Shown here: in pieces, positions 27,858 through 40,990 of the stretch | How the letters are laid out: every line of letters starts with the position of its first letter | Numbering within the stretch: position 1 is the stretch's first letter | Notes under the pieces: generated by a model | Told to the model about the DNA's origin: nothing | The model's input: the letters and a program-made list of their open reading frames with translations, nothing else | Database searches by the model: none | Position numbers and translations under genes: made by a program | NCBI GenBank assembly: GCA_964016885.1 | Contig: OZ024742.1 | Span: forward strand, 21,328,001-21,392,000 | Origin: Eledone cirrhosa | Lineage: Eukaryota | Direction of reading: 5' to 3' | DNA length: 64,000 nucleotides

Positions 27858-28013
27858 TCTCAAAATTATTTTTGAAAAGCATTTAGAAATGCGCAACCAG
27901 TAAAACTTAAAACTAAAACTGAATACTAATCAATACAATTACTAATTCCCATTTATTCCTAATTAAACTATTTTTCACTGTGAACAATTTGTCAGCATTT
28001 TCTATTCCGTTTA

Positions 28014-28078
<65 letters not shown>

Positions 28079-28292
28079 GTGTGTGTATGCATATATATAT
28101 ATGACGAAGGAAGTGTGGTAATGAACCAGGAGCATCATAACTCACCAGAATACTCAGTACTTAGGGTAGTAGAGGGGCTAATAGGAACATTTTCAAGACC
28201 CCGATGGCAGAGGTCGAGCCGTTTCGACGGCTATTTCTAGTCCAGAAATGACCGTCGGAACGGCTCGAGCTCTATGTCGGGTTCTTGAACAT

Positions 28293-28376
<84 letters not shown>

Positions 28377-28545
28377 TTATATATATTGTTAAACGGATTA
28401 GAAAATACTGACAAATTGTTCACAGTGAAAAAATAGTTTAATTAGGAATAAGTGATAATTAGTAATTGTATTGGTTAGTATTCAGTTTTGGTTTTAAGTT
28501 TTACCGGTTGCGCATTTCTAATGCTTTTCAAAAATAATTTTGAGA
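27858..28545. mobile_element. Tail-to-tail inverted pair (~160-bp arms) enclosing (TA)n and a second fold-back element
   Basis: 27858-28017 is the inverted copy of 28385-28545. Each arm has TTGAAAA-gcatt..aatgc-GCAA-CC(G/A)G-TA. An inner element at 28101-28296 contains the hairpin 28192-28289. Confidence 0.78.
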
Positions 28546-28565
28546 TAGAGCGTCCGTGATGTTTG

Positions 28566-28615
<50 letters not shown>

Positions 28616-29699
28616 TATATAGCCTTGTATATAACATATAGCCTTATTAGACTGACGCTTAGGAGGACGTAGAAGTAGAGTTCGGCCCTTCAGGCATAGG
28701 TCATTCTTCAAGAAATGCAGAGTTCGCGGAGAGAGGACAAGTAGGATCATCGGGGTTTGGAAAAAAGTATTTAAGAAGGTTGTGAGTAGTAAGTAAGTGA
28801 TCGGATATTCCGGAGTGAGGGCGACCCTTATGGCGAGTGAAGGTGCATCATGTGTGTGGTTATGTATATATATATTAGATAGTGAGGTTTTTTTACAAAA
28901 TGAAAAATAACCGACTGCTGCTAGGCCCTCTGACCACCTCCCAGCACAAACAGACACACAGCACTCCCACTGCTTGACCACTTCCTGTTGCGCACGCACC
29001 CCACATCTCTCCTCTTCCGACCATCTCTTCATGGAATAATCGTATGCTGAATTTGACCACCACATAATCCACTAAACACCATAGGATTTTACCAACTTTT
29101 CAACCATCCTCTTACGGAACCACCTATATAACTCACCCACACACACACCCCAACAAAAATGTTTTCTCCACACGCCACCTACACCCACAACACGCTTAAA
29201 CCCCACACACACGTGCTTTCCACCACAATTTTACACCCTCAGCCTCCTGATTCCCCTCCCCCCACCCCTCTATCCACACACGCACAGATACTCCGACCTA
29301 ACCCCCCCCCCCCACACACACACACCTCTTCCTGAACATGCAACCCCGTTCTTCCCCCAACCCTTACTTTCACATCCACACACACACACACACACGTACA
29401 CCTACACACACACACCACCTTCAGCCCTCCCCGCTCGGACACCCTTCTCCATCTCCCCACTCCACCCGCCACCACCCCTACACCTCCACACCCTTCCACC
29501 ACCTGTTTTACCCCCCTTTATATTTCAGTTTATTTTGATCATGCTTTATATTTAATTTTATTTCATTCCTTGTATTTTGATCATGCTTTATTTTTATTTT
29601 TATTTTTATTTTTAATTTCATTCGCACCGTTTCCTTTCGCTATATGTCTCTCCACCACTCCCCTACATACCCTTTGAACTCTGTTCCCACACACTTCTC

Positions 29700-29731
29700 A
29701 CCTGAGGAAGGGCTTATGCCCGAAACGTCGT
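29700..29731 (+). ncRNA. Minimal type-I hammerhead ribozyme (classic PLE type)
   Basis: ac-CTGAGGA-a-gggc[ttat]gccc-GAAA-CG-TC-gt: palindromic ACGT stem III and GUC triplet, but stem I is only 2 bp. It lies at the end of a C/A-rich UTR-like tract (28915-29780). Confidence 0.7.
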
Positions 29732-30204
29732 TCCCAACCACCACCCCACTCTCCAGAGCGTGAAATTAATAAACATTCGTTGTACTGCCTCTCTAAACAT
29801 AAAATATGTTTAGAATTTAGTGACCTCAATAAATAAGTTCAATTGACTTCATCTAGAGCCACAATAACCAAACTAAAAGATATATATTTATATATAGAGA
29901 GAAAGAGCCATATATCGCACAAGAAACATGGTATATTGTATATATACAAAATACATATTTTATAGAAGAATATGTACACAGGTGGAATCGTAAGTGAAAC
30001 CTTATAACACTATTTCACACCTGGAAAGTGTGGCTGAAAATCAATCTATGTAATCGACGTCGAAAAAAAACAATCAATATAATTGATCATCGAAGACAAA
30101 CTATCGATTATGATTAAACCACATACGATTCAGGTACTCATGAGAGGTTTAGTGTCACGATTTTAAGGGAAATATAGAATAAAGATGGTAAATAATAAAT
30201 ACAC

Positions 30205-30313
30205 CTGTGAATATCTACAGCCAAGTCCAACTCGGCCTTCGTTCTGAAAAGCACATGGTGTAATGACGTTAACCCATCGCGAATAGATATCCACAATGTG
30301 GACGATAACTCTG
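30205..30313 (-). CDS. Possible isolated 109-nt internal exon of an unidentified host gene
   Basis: Acceptor tatatttctAG and donor cag|GTgtat; locally GC-richer non-repetitive island with two open frames (ELSSTLWISIRDGLTSLHHVLFRTKAELDLAVDIH or RVIVHIVDIYSRWVNVITPCAFQNEGRVGLGCRYSQ). No homology recognised. Confidence 0.3.
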
Positions 30314-31799
30314 CTAGAAATATAAACGGTGATTATAGGCACCGAGCTCAACAAGTTAAGAGGTTTGGAGCCGTTAAGTACAATTGATGAATCAAAACAT
30401 ATATTAGATTTCTCATCTGAATCTATTTCGAACTCCTACAATTTCTTATGATTAATGTTTCTTAATATAATTTGTGTTCAATGTTAATAACAGTGGAAAT
30501 CACGCAAGATGAATAACTTTAAATGCAGTCTCTTTTCCCCTTACAACATTTCCGTCATTGTATTTGAATATGTTCCTTTAACATCTAAAATTCTAGTGAT
30601 TGTAGTTGAATGCAGATTTCTCTGGTATAAAACTGAATTACTTTACAGTAAGATCAAACATCTATAGGCAACGTGTCTGCTGTTAAAAAGTAGGATTTGT
30701 CCAACATTGCAACGATAAGATCGAGTACTGCTCTTCTGAAATGTGGTTTACGCAATATATCAATTATATTTCACGGCACACTCACAGAAAAGTATTTTAC
30801 GGCTAGCAGTTTGTACATTAAAAGGAATGAATATAGATAGATCTATTCTGAATATTGTTTCTTGTTGAAATTAAATACAAGTAGACTTTTAATGAGATTA
30901 GTGTCTTAAATTAATTAGATTTCAATCAGACTTGCTTCTATTAAGCACTGATAAAATAGTGAGTTTCGAGTTTTTCAGTTAAAAAAATGCAGGTGTAATT
31001 CATTATATTTGGAAATTAAACTTCACTAAGATGTTCAAGATAAAAGAAAAATGTTGTTCTAGATAAAAGTTTAGCGTAAGTAGCAAAGTAGTTAAATAGA
31101 CGCAGAAAAATTATTCTGCATGATAAGCGTGAGAAAATTCTCTTTATCAGGTTCTTTAGTTCACATTTTGTCCATGTCAGTATTAATGTATAATTAGGTG
31201 ATAGAGTTTAGAGCTGTTTAACTGACTACGACAACGTATTTTATTAAAAGGCTTGAAAACAGAAATAAATCAAGATTTTATTTTAAGATTAATATAGTTA
31301 TATTTGTGGATTTTTAGGTTCTGTAAATTCAAAGATTATCACAATACTTTTCTATACTTTTTCATGGATATATTAGTTTAGAGTAACACTAATGAACTTA
31401 TATATAGGAGGAATATAGTTGGTTAAAATAGATATCGTTGTGAAAATCTATCGACTTAAGAAACATTGAGACCGTTTTGAAATTTTAAACGACGCCATCA
31501 CAATGTAAGTGACTATAATAATTATAGTCGATTATAAAACAATAGCGGGAAATATCGGATAATGTCCGCATTGTACCGATATTTGACCTATTATTTATAT
31601 TGATCAATTAATATTGTTATCGTAGTTTATATTGGGATGCATATATTTATATTTCAGATGGATTTTGTTGCTCGTATGTAATCGATTTCAAAAAGACAAA
31701 TCCGAATCCATAATTAGAACAGGGAAGACAAAAAAAACTTTAAGGGTTAATACTAATATAGTAGACACAAATTTCTGTAAAATATATTCTATGAATAAG

Positions 31800-32078
31800 G
31801 ATATGTACAAAGAGTTACTCCAGGTAGAGCCACTACTTCTCCAAATTGAGAGATCACAGCTCCGATACTATAGGCATATGGTTAACGGGTCTCAGGAAAG
31901 AATCGCTGGAGAGATTTTACGGGCAAAACCAACAGCAAAGAGACCCAGGTGTAGACCCAGTGCAAGATAGTTGGATAACTTGGCTGGTTTCGCTTCAGTA
32001 TCAGTTGGAGACGGTTGCTTCTGACAGGACTTGATGGAATGAGTGTTTGCGGACTCTGCGGCCACGATACTCTCAGGA
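31800..32078 (+). mobile_element. 5'-truncated RTE-clade LINE (RT C-terminus and 3' end)
   Basis: QVEPLLLQIERSQLRYYRHMV...ERIAGEILRAKPTAKRPRCRPSAR*LD matches the RTE/Expander C-terminal pattern EPLLLxIERSQLRWFGH...RPTGRRPRGRPRTRW. It runs directly into a (GAA)n tail. Confidence 0.82.
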
Positions 32079-32164
32079 AGAAGAAGAAGAAGACGAAGAA
32101 GAAGAAGAAGAAGAAGAAGAAGAAGAAGAAGAAGAAGAAGAAGAAGAAGAAGAAGAAGAAGAAG

Positions 32165-32214
<50 letters not shown>

Positions 32215-32235
32215 CCACAGCAACAACAACAACAA
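32077..32235. repeat. Compound (GAA)n(CAA)n microsatellite, tail of the RTE copy
   Basis: Read directly. Confidence 0.95.
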
Positions 32236-33263
32236 GGTATCACGAGAAAGCCTAATAACACTAGCAATTGAAAGCTCTGTGTAAAGGTTATGGTCTTGTT
32301 ATCTCATCTTTGAATTCTATTATCAGTATATAATACTAGCAATCAATGTTTAGTTAATTGAACCGTTAGAAAATTATCAGAATTTAGGAATATTTAAATT
32401 ATCAGCAATCAATCTCTAAAATAATTGCTTAATTTCAGTTTTGTTCTTAGGTTTACGAAAAGTATTATGTCGCCTCCCATTGAGAAATTCATATTCTTAA
32501 ATTGAAAAGGTTTCAAATACACTCAGATAAACAATCATTTACCACATACCACCTACTCTATACCCTCTCTCTGTCTGATTTTTATCTATCTGTCTGTCTC
32601 TTTATCAATCTCCCCAACTCCTCTCCCTGACTCTGATTGTTTCAGCATCGCGTGAACTATTTCCAGTTTATTAAAAAATATTCTTAATTCAAATAAAAAG
32701 AATGAATAATTCTTTTTGACAACAAAGATACATTTATGTTATGTCAATGGAAGCGTCGTGATTAACAGAACCAAAGTCAGATGAGAGATATCGAAAGTAA
32801 AACTTTGTAAAAAAATATATTTCATTAAGCATTCAATGAATGCAGCAAAGAAAACACACGCGACATATATCGAAATAATGATAATAAAAATTATGTACTC
32901 AGATATTGTAGAATAGAAATTAATTAAATAATATCATAAAATGTTAGTCATTTACTAATTATTGTAAAGCTGATATCACACACACACACATACATATGCG
33001 AGCGCGTGTGTGTGTGTGTATGTGTGTGTGTGTGTGTGTGTTTCTGTGTGTGTTCTTGCTTTGTATTTGTTGTTGTTGCTCTTGATGTTCAGCATACCCA
33101 GAATTGAATTGGTTTATGTGTGTATGTATGTGTTTATGTATGTATGAACATGTGTTTATGTATGTGTGTGTGGCTGTATATATATGTGTGTGTGTGTGTA
33201 TATGTAAATATGTGTTTGTGTATATATGTGCCTCCATCTATGTGTACGCACCTATATATTTGT

Positions 33264-33377
33264 GAAGGCACGTGGTTAGGGTATTCATCTCACAATCGTA
33301 AGGTCATGAATTCGATTCCCAGAAGTGCATTGTGTCCTTGAGCAATACACTTTATTTCCCATTGCTCTAGTCCACTC
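33264..33377 (+). mobile_element. tRNA-derived SINE (head and central domain)
   Basis: gaaggcacgtggttagggtattc...GAATTCGATTCC...tgtgtccttgagcaatacactttatttcccattgctctagtccactc, homologous to 10030-10140 (-). Confidence 0.8.
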
Positions 33378-34869
33378 TAGTCCCATTGCTCTTGTCCGCT
33401 ATGTATAGAGTATATATACATATTATTTGTAAAACATCGCTGTCGTAGAGATTTGAGTCTGTTATGCATGGCCTTGTGCCTCAGTGGGGTACGTACCAGG
33501 AGCAATACTCATGATCATTTGTGATTGACGGAGGCCTTTACTATTATATAAATACATAATATTATAGGTTTGATAATCCTAACGTCAACCAAAATGTTTC
33601 GTTCGGGGTACCATAAATACAAACTTCGAAAATGGGATGAAATTCTCAGACTGGATACCTTCTATCCATAGTTCTATGATACAATGCTGTTTATTGTAAA
33701 GAGGTTTATCAAGAAACAATCTATTATACTTTTGCATCGGAAACTTTGCCGATGATTGTTCTAAGTAAGTTTATTAATGCAAAATTTAGTCCTATTATTA
33801 AATCCCTTCACATTCTTGATTATTTTCAAAATGTTTAGAAAATTATAGGCAGTGTCCTTTACAGGAATATAGTAAGGAGATGGTTAATTTTATTTTTGGA
33901 AATAGTGTTCTCAGTCGTTTAATTTAAAATAGCTGATCAGTCAATTTGCAAACCAGTGATTAGTCTTATTAAAATGATAAACATTACCAGATTTTAAAAA
34001 GCTCCAAATAGTTTATAGTATTCAGCCATGTAAACGCGAAATAAATGGATAATATCTAAATTAAATTTACAAGTTTTTCAGCCTAAAATCGTTGACAAAA
34101 AATGTAAAAGGTTGCAATTAGTTAACGCAATGAAAAGCATTTGTTTTTAGTATTCCAGATTGAATGATTCTGTAGCTATGCTGTCGCCTGTTGGGTCTCT
34201 AGACGTGCTGAATAGTGAAGAAGTAATTTGAAAATGACACTAACATAACTGTTATGTTATAATTGTAAATTTTGGTAATTACTACTAGAAACTCGACTTA
34301 TCCCCAAGTTGGTCACATATTACAAATTGTATTGGAAAAATACTGAAAGGATATTTAATAAATCAATTCACGTTTAGTGGCACATTCACATTGTTCCGGA
34401 ACATAATAGAACTATGTATGTATATATGTGTATATGTGCGGTATTTTTTTTATTTTTTGCAGTTTTAGGCAATGGGATTTGGCAGCACGTATTTAAATTT
34501 CATGGCTTCCTTGCAAGTAATTTATAAAGTGCATGCAGGTAACAGCCTTTTGGGGAGAAATAACAATGTGAAATAGCAATGTACTTTTGTGTTTTTCTTA
34601 ATCGTGCACACAAACATACGTATACTAAATAATGAACTAGTTATTGTCTAAAATCAATGGTAAATCTTCCTAGCAACAATGTGATAAAAACGGTTTCATT
34701 AAGAGATAGTTCCACACTTCTATCACGCGAAGCAGTGAACAATATCTAAAATGATACACACGCACTCTGCAATACGATTAGTGTGAACAGGTGTAGAATT
34801 TCTTATCATATAAAGATAGGTACTATATAGGTACTACAATGATGGGCCTACGTCTGTTTCTACAGAGAT

Positions 34870-35115
34870 TGTTCCAGTTGTTCGATAAATGGAATAATTT
34901 CAGCAGTCATGAAATGTCCTGAAAGTGTCCTGGCATATCACAGACACGTGTACCTTAGAGACATTCAGTGCAATATAGTGTATGACAAGGCTGCCCAATT
35001 GAATTACAAGCACAGTTCACTCGAGTGGTTTCAAAATAGTCTTGGTTTACTCAATTCCACGTGATGCGCGGGTCTGGTAAATAAAGTTTTCCCAAGGAAC
35101 CACACAGTGGTATCG
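34870..35115 (-). mobile_element. Old, diverged SINE copy
   Basis: gttccagttg..cagacacgtgtacctta..gacaaggctgcccaattgaattacaagcaca parallels 9860-10015. Confidence 0.55.
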
Positions 35116-36041
35116 TAATGATTGCGAAACGGAAACACTAAAAAGTGAACCCTTAAACATTGAATATTGCTGTTTCATAAGAAGACAAACACAGTAGAGA
35201 CTTCAGTGACTTTGGCCTTAGGACCACTTCCTTTCATGCCCCCATCGCCACCCCGTTAGGCTCAAGACCTCTGGTTTCTTTGGCCCTAGGGCCACTTCCA
35301 TACTCACCAACACCGGCTCGGAGTTGGATACCCGTAGGTGTGAGCTTCACAAACTGGAATGGCTCTTCCAACGCCGCTCCCTCGCCATCCTCCGGGGAAC
35401 GGCCCTCCCTATTCAGTCGGCCGGGATGGCTAGCTTATAATAGTGAGAGATAGAGAGAGCGAGAGAAACGGAGGCAGTGACTATACCAACATTACTGAAG
35501 TATATTGTAGCATCTTACATTGACCCTCAAAAGCATCAAAAGCAAAGTTGACCATGGCAATATTTTCACACAGTTATTTAATATCAAATATGTATTTTAT
35601 ATGTGTGCAATCCACATATCTAACCACAGTCAACATTCCATGTCAATATCTGAAGTTCATATTCAATCGGAACCGTGTTCATCTATTGCAAGATTTTTTA
35701 TAACCACGTGATTTTTGATTCAATCACACTGAGTATGTGTGTTAGTGTTTGTTGGTGCGGGGTGAGCTTACTTTTCTATATGCATGTTACTTATGAAGCG
35801 TGTCTGTGCTACGGCGCTTATATTGAAAAATACATAATTTTCTTTTATTATTCTAGAATAAAATAATCATTCAATTAATGGTTTTATTTGTTTCGTCTCA
35901 TTTACTAATCTTTTATAATCAAAATGTAAATTATTCTCTGATTAGAAGCGAACATATCTTGTTTTATGAAATTAAAAAATACACACACACACACATATAT
36001 ATCAACTTATTTCTTCTCTCTCCATTTCTTTCTCATTTCTT

Positions 36042-36273
<232 letters not shown>

Positions 36274-36718
36274 CGCAGATAGGAAATTAGGATCAATTTC
36301 ATTTTGCATTCGATTTAATATAATTACAATTGCAACTAAGTGACGAATCACATTTTTAGTTTTTTCTAGTTTAGTGTCTCTCATTATAAATATATATTAG
36401 CAACAGAGTAAATTGTCTCAATTCATATTATTAAGAGTACAATGCTTTTGTCAAACATATAAATATATAGTAGTGATACGTGGATAATGAAGAACAAATA
36501 ACAGTTGGGCTCCTATCCAGTCAATAATATTCAAATCCCTCGAACAGAATGAGATAAACATCAATTTGGAATATCAAAGAATTATTAACTTTAATTAGCC
36601 ACGTAAATCGCTTCAATGGTTTTGCCAATTCTTTCCAATTTAACTAACCACTGAATAATTACAGCATTAACTCTGTTTTGACTAGCTGATATTTTAGATT
36701 CACTCTTACATACAGCTG

Positions 36719-36795
<77 letters not shown>

Positions 36796-36799
<4 letters not shown>

Positions 36800-37296
36800 A
36801 TGCTTTGGAAGGATCATTTGCCAATAAGAAACACACCCACCAGTTGCTTTAACTCCAATTTATTATAAATTAAATTTATAAATTTAAGAATTTAAGAATT
36901 TATAAATTTCTGGTTGTTTGGTTGGTTCAATAACCGGACGGTTGTTCATATATTGTCAAAGTTCTTTCAAAAACAAGATGGCGTAGGACAGAACAAAGGA
37001 GAGGCACAAAAACAAAGAAAAGAATCCCCAGTCACTGAAGAGGTCATAGAAAGTGTGACAAAGTAATTTGACAATATATGAAAAACCGTCCGGTTATGGC
37101 ACCAACCAACCAACCAACCAACCGGAAATTTATACATTCTTAAATTCCTAAATTTATAAATTTAATTTATAATAAATTGGAGTGAAAGCGACTGGTGCGT
37201 GTGTTTCTTATTGATAACATGACCCTCCCAAAGCATAACAATATCGGTTTCAACACACGTCTTCAGATAAAGAATCTTATTAAACAAATTCAGAAA

Positions 37297-37298
<2 letters not shown>
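36796..37298. mobile_element. Head-to-head inverted pair of Neptune-type PLE 3' ends
   Basis: 36796-36968 (-) and 36968-37298 (+) match 27530-27847. The hammerhead at 37030-37072 has lost G12. (TA)n on both flanks. Confidence 0.88.
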
Positions 37299-37341
<43 letters not shown>

Positions 37342-37435
37342 CAAGGTTTAGCAAATAAGAAAAAGTTATATATATATATCTGTACGCTTTTTAACAAATA
37401 TAAAAGAAAATAGTGAGAGAGAGAAAGAGGGAGAG

Positions 37436-37517
<82 letters not shown>

Positions 37518-37523
37518 ATTGAT

Positions 37524-37630
37524 AAGACCCGGTTAGAATGCTTTGCGGTATTCTTTTGGGCTCTGTGCTCTGAGTTTCAAAACACGTTGAGATCAGTTTT
37601 GTCTTTCATCAAGATTGATAATAAATGTAC
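37524..37630 (+). mobile_element. Diverged tRNA-derived SINE of the same family as the one at the 45-bp array junction
   Basis: atgctttgcggtattcttttgggctctgtgctctGAGTTTCAAAACAcgttgagatcagttttgtctttcatc...gataataaatgtac aligns by eye with the minus strand of 40860-40960. Confidence 0.65.
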
Positions 37631-37652
37631 ATGTAACCCACCTACCCACGTA

Positions 37653-37692
<40 letters not shown>

Positions 37693-37693
37693 C

Positions 37694-37745
<52 letters not shown>

Positions 37746-37989
37746 GTTTAAATATATATATATTAAATAAAACGACAGGAGGCCGGAAAGTTGAAATTCC
37801 TTTAATATTGTTATCCTGCAGGCACTATATATATTTCAATGACCAGTAAGATGCCAGTCCCATCATTAGATTGTATTGTATAACAGTTATAAAGGAAATA
37901 TGGTGAACACATGTTGTGTACACGGAGACAAAAAGTAATGATAAAAATACCTGATCTAGCGGCAGACCTCAAGGCTTATTGCACCCGAA

Positions 37990-38094
<105 letters not shown>

Positions 38095-38235
38095 GTTTAG
38101 ACAACAGAACGTCTGTATAAGATACAGGCGTCCTGTCGAATTTATGACAGTATTTAATTAGCTCAATGCTTGAAAGCGGAGCCCTTATATGGAACAAAAA
38201 CAAAGAGCGCTTACATCATCAATTAATCTTTATTT

Positions 38236-38280
38236 GCTGACAGTGTTTCGTTCTTGCATAATTGCAGGTATCATCAGAGC
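38236..38280 (-). ncRNA. Minimal type-I hammerhead ribozyme candidate in a PLE-like terminus (~38092-38700)
   Basis: gct-CTGATGA-[tacctgca atta tgcaagaac]-GAAA-C-act-G-TC-agc with a GUC triplet; the element runs into (TA)n at ~38091. Confidence 0.6.
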
Positions 38281-40489
38281 GTTATAAAGAGGAATGAGGT
38301 CAATAGTATAAACTCTACCGACCTATATCACAAGAACGATCCATATGTAGCACAGAGGACTAAGAAGAGTGGGGTGCTTGGACGACGCGTCACCGCCAGA
38401 AGCCGATACATATTAAGACCAAAATCAGTTACAATAATTAAAGATAAGGAAATGTAAGGAAAGATAATTAAAGTTAAGGAAAAATAAAAGATAAGGAAAT
38501 TAAAGATAAGAGATAAAACGTAAAGGGTAGAGTCTAGAAGTAAGGATAAAATTAAAATAACAATAAAATTAAATATTAAAAAAATAATAACAAATAATAA
38601 AAATAAAAATAAAAATAAACATTAGAATAAAAAATAGGAGGTGATAAAAATAAAAATAAAAATGAAACATAAAATATAGCACATTATATAAGCAATGCAA
38701 ATAAATGTAAGTAAATATGGTTGTAGACAGTAAAGGATTTCAGAGGTGACAGTTTAAGAATGGTATCAACCAAAGTGAATGTAGGCAGAGTCAGATACAA
38801 CGGGAGCCAGATAAAGAGATCATATAGTGGAATTCCATGTATCCATCACAGTTTGGCGACAAGTGTTATAGGTGGCGTTTAAATGCAATTTATTTGTGTG
38901 GTTCTCAGAACATATAGGTCGCTAGAGCTAAGTGTAGTGGAAGCAGGTGAAAGCAATCATCATAGATATCAGTAGAATATAACGCTTGCATGTGTGTGTG
39001 TGTAAGTCTACATAGACCCACGTACACACGCACACACATATATATAAATATACATACATACATGTATCTACGTGTTCCATTCGTCCATGTTACCTCTTAC
39101 GATTACAATACCATCTACTCCAGTCTCAAGCTGTGATCAATACCTCCGCATCATAGCTGTGGGTTGTGAATCCATGCAATCCTAAGTTTCCCAGCATACC
39201 ACGTGGTGTAACGAATGTCTCAAATTATCCAAGTCATATAGGTATAGATGTAATTATACATATCAAGCTGTAAATTACATTCGGCGCATCCACAGTATCG
39301 CTTGCTATATTCCAACCTGGTACAATGGTAATCCAATATACTTTAATTTAATTAATTAAATCAAATCAAATGACACTTTAATTCCAGAATTTACAGCATT
39401 TTGGCGCTTCTGTGTTCTCCTCTCTGCCCACATTCAAAGATCAACGATCAGAATATGAAGACGTTGTAAACATTTCGAGTGGACATCATAACGCTCCTAG
39501 CAGGCCGGGCATTCCCTTGGGGGAAGGGTAAGGGAGGTCAGTCTGGTCGTCTATTTACGAAGATACATATTAAATCATTCCGTGAAAAGAGGAACAACTC
39601 TAGATTATACCCATTTTGACCAAACCCACCAGAGACAATCAACGCGATAACAGATACCTCCGGTATGAGCTGCTTACTCACACTGAGGCCGGTTATGCAT
39701 CAATGTCGGGTTCACTCATAGCACGAGACAGTAATAATCACTAGAGTCTGCTATAGGAGCAATCCTTTTGGGACCCATATATATAACACTGTTGTTAGAA
39801 GTATTTCTACATTAATTAATCTCTATGAACGCAGGGTGATCTTACCACACTAAAACGTAGCATTCCTCAAATTCAGGACAAATCCAGCGAGATCAAAGTT
39901 GGGGTCCCTCTCATACTAGTTGGGTGCGGGAACATTAAGGAGTATGCAAGTTGAAGCGATAAATGAGTGCTAAATAAAAAGAGTGCTAAAGAAAAGAAAG
40001 AGAAAAATAACGTAAGTTAAGAACGGCTTATCTAGATACTCGGCTTAAAATAGAAGGAAGTGCTTAGGATTCTGTGCTGAGAGGTGGAAAATATCTCAGA
40101 TTTCCTATTGAGCAGGTTCACCATCTTCACAACAATGAACATATTTTATCTGTCAGATAATAAATAAAACATCAACTTACGGCCAGCAAACCTACAGTAA
40201 AGAAGATAGTCCATAATTACAGGCACCAAGTTATCCGTTTGTCACCTCTGCACTATATCTACTGTACCCCATGACAGATTTCACATGTCAATTTCATACA
40301 TCTGTATCGTATCAGTTCGTTTTACATGCTAAGCTCATCAGTATACTCTATTTCTTACTTAGATTGATATTGTGATTGTTTTAACTATTTACTATCTAGC
40401 TAATTTATTTGAGTATTGTTATTATTGGTCTGATTTAATACAACTACTATATATAGTAGCCATGCCTATGTATATCCTTAATTCTCGCA

Positions 40490-40597
40490 TGCTCTGATGA
40501 ATAGACTGGTTATAACAAAGTATTGGTGATCGATTGACGCAAAATCAGGCGGGTAGCGATCTCTAGACCTACCAGTTCAGAGATACAATTGTCAGCA
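40490..40597 (+). ncRNA. Decayed hammerhead with long (~80-nt) stem II
   Basis: tgct-CTGATGA-[gactggt...accagtt]-GAtA-CAATTG-TC-agca with palindromic ACAATTGT and an A14U substitution; (TA)n follows ~60 nt later. Confidence 0.55.
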
Positions 40598-40654
40598 ATG
40601 TGAATAAAGCCCTTATTGTATAGCAAACCATGTCATTCTTTTTTTTTTATTTAT

Positions 40655-40704
<50 letters not shown>

Positions 40705-40714
40705 GTATTAATAC

Positions 40715-40751
<37 letters not shown>

Positions 40752-40812
40752 ATATATAAACAATATATATATATATATATATATAAACCATATATAAACA
40801 ATATATATAATT

Positions 40813-40990
40813 GTTTCTACATTTGGCACGAGGCCAGTAATTTTCCCAGTGCATTACTGGTACTTTATTTCATCGAACCCGAAAGGATTAAAAGCAAAGT
40901 TAACCTCGACGGAACATGATCTCAGAACCTGATGAGCCATAACACCATGCTGCAACAATGTTGTCTGATATTCTACCGACACTGCCACTC
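40813..40990 (-). mobile_element. tRNA-derived SINE whose 5' head is continuous with the 45-bp array
   Basis: Minus strand: A-box-like TGGCAGTGTCGGTAG (40987-40973), degenerate B-box GAGATCATGTTCC (40923-40911), body gtcgaggttaactttgcttttaatcctttcgggttcgatgaaataaagtaccag, and 3' end ctggcctcgtgccaaatgtagaaac. Confidence 0.8.

Noticed and set aside
28675-28715. Hammerhead-like TTGAAGA...GAAC on the minus strand
   Set aside because: Multiple core mismatches and no clear stems.
28915-29100. GIY-YIG C-terminus upstream of the 29700 hammerhead
   Set aside because: Only scattered residues across shifting frames; too decayed to call.
32015-32284. Poly-Glu/poly-Gln or poly-Lys protein
   Set aside because: Microsatellite tail of an RTE LINE fragment.
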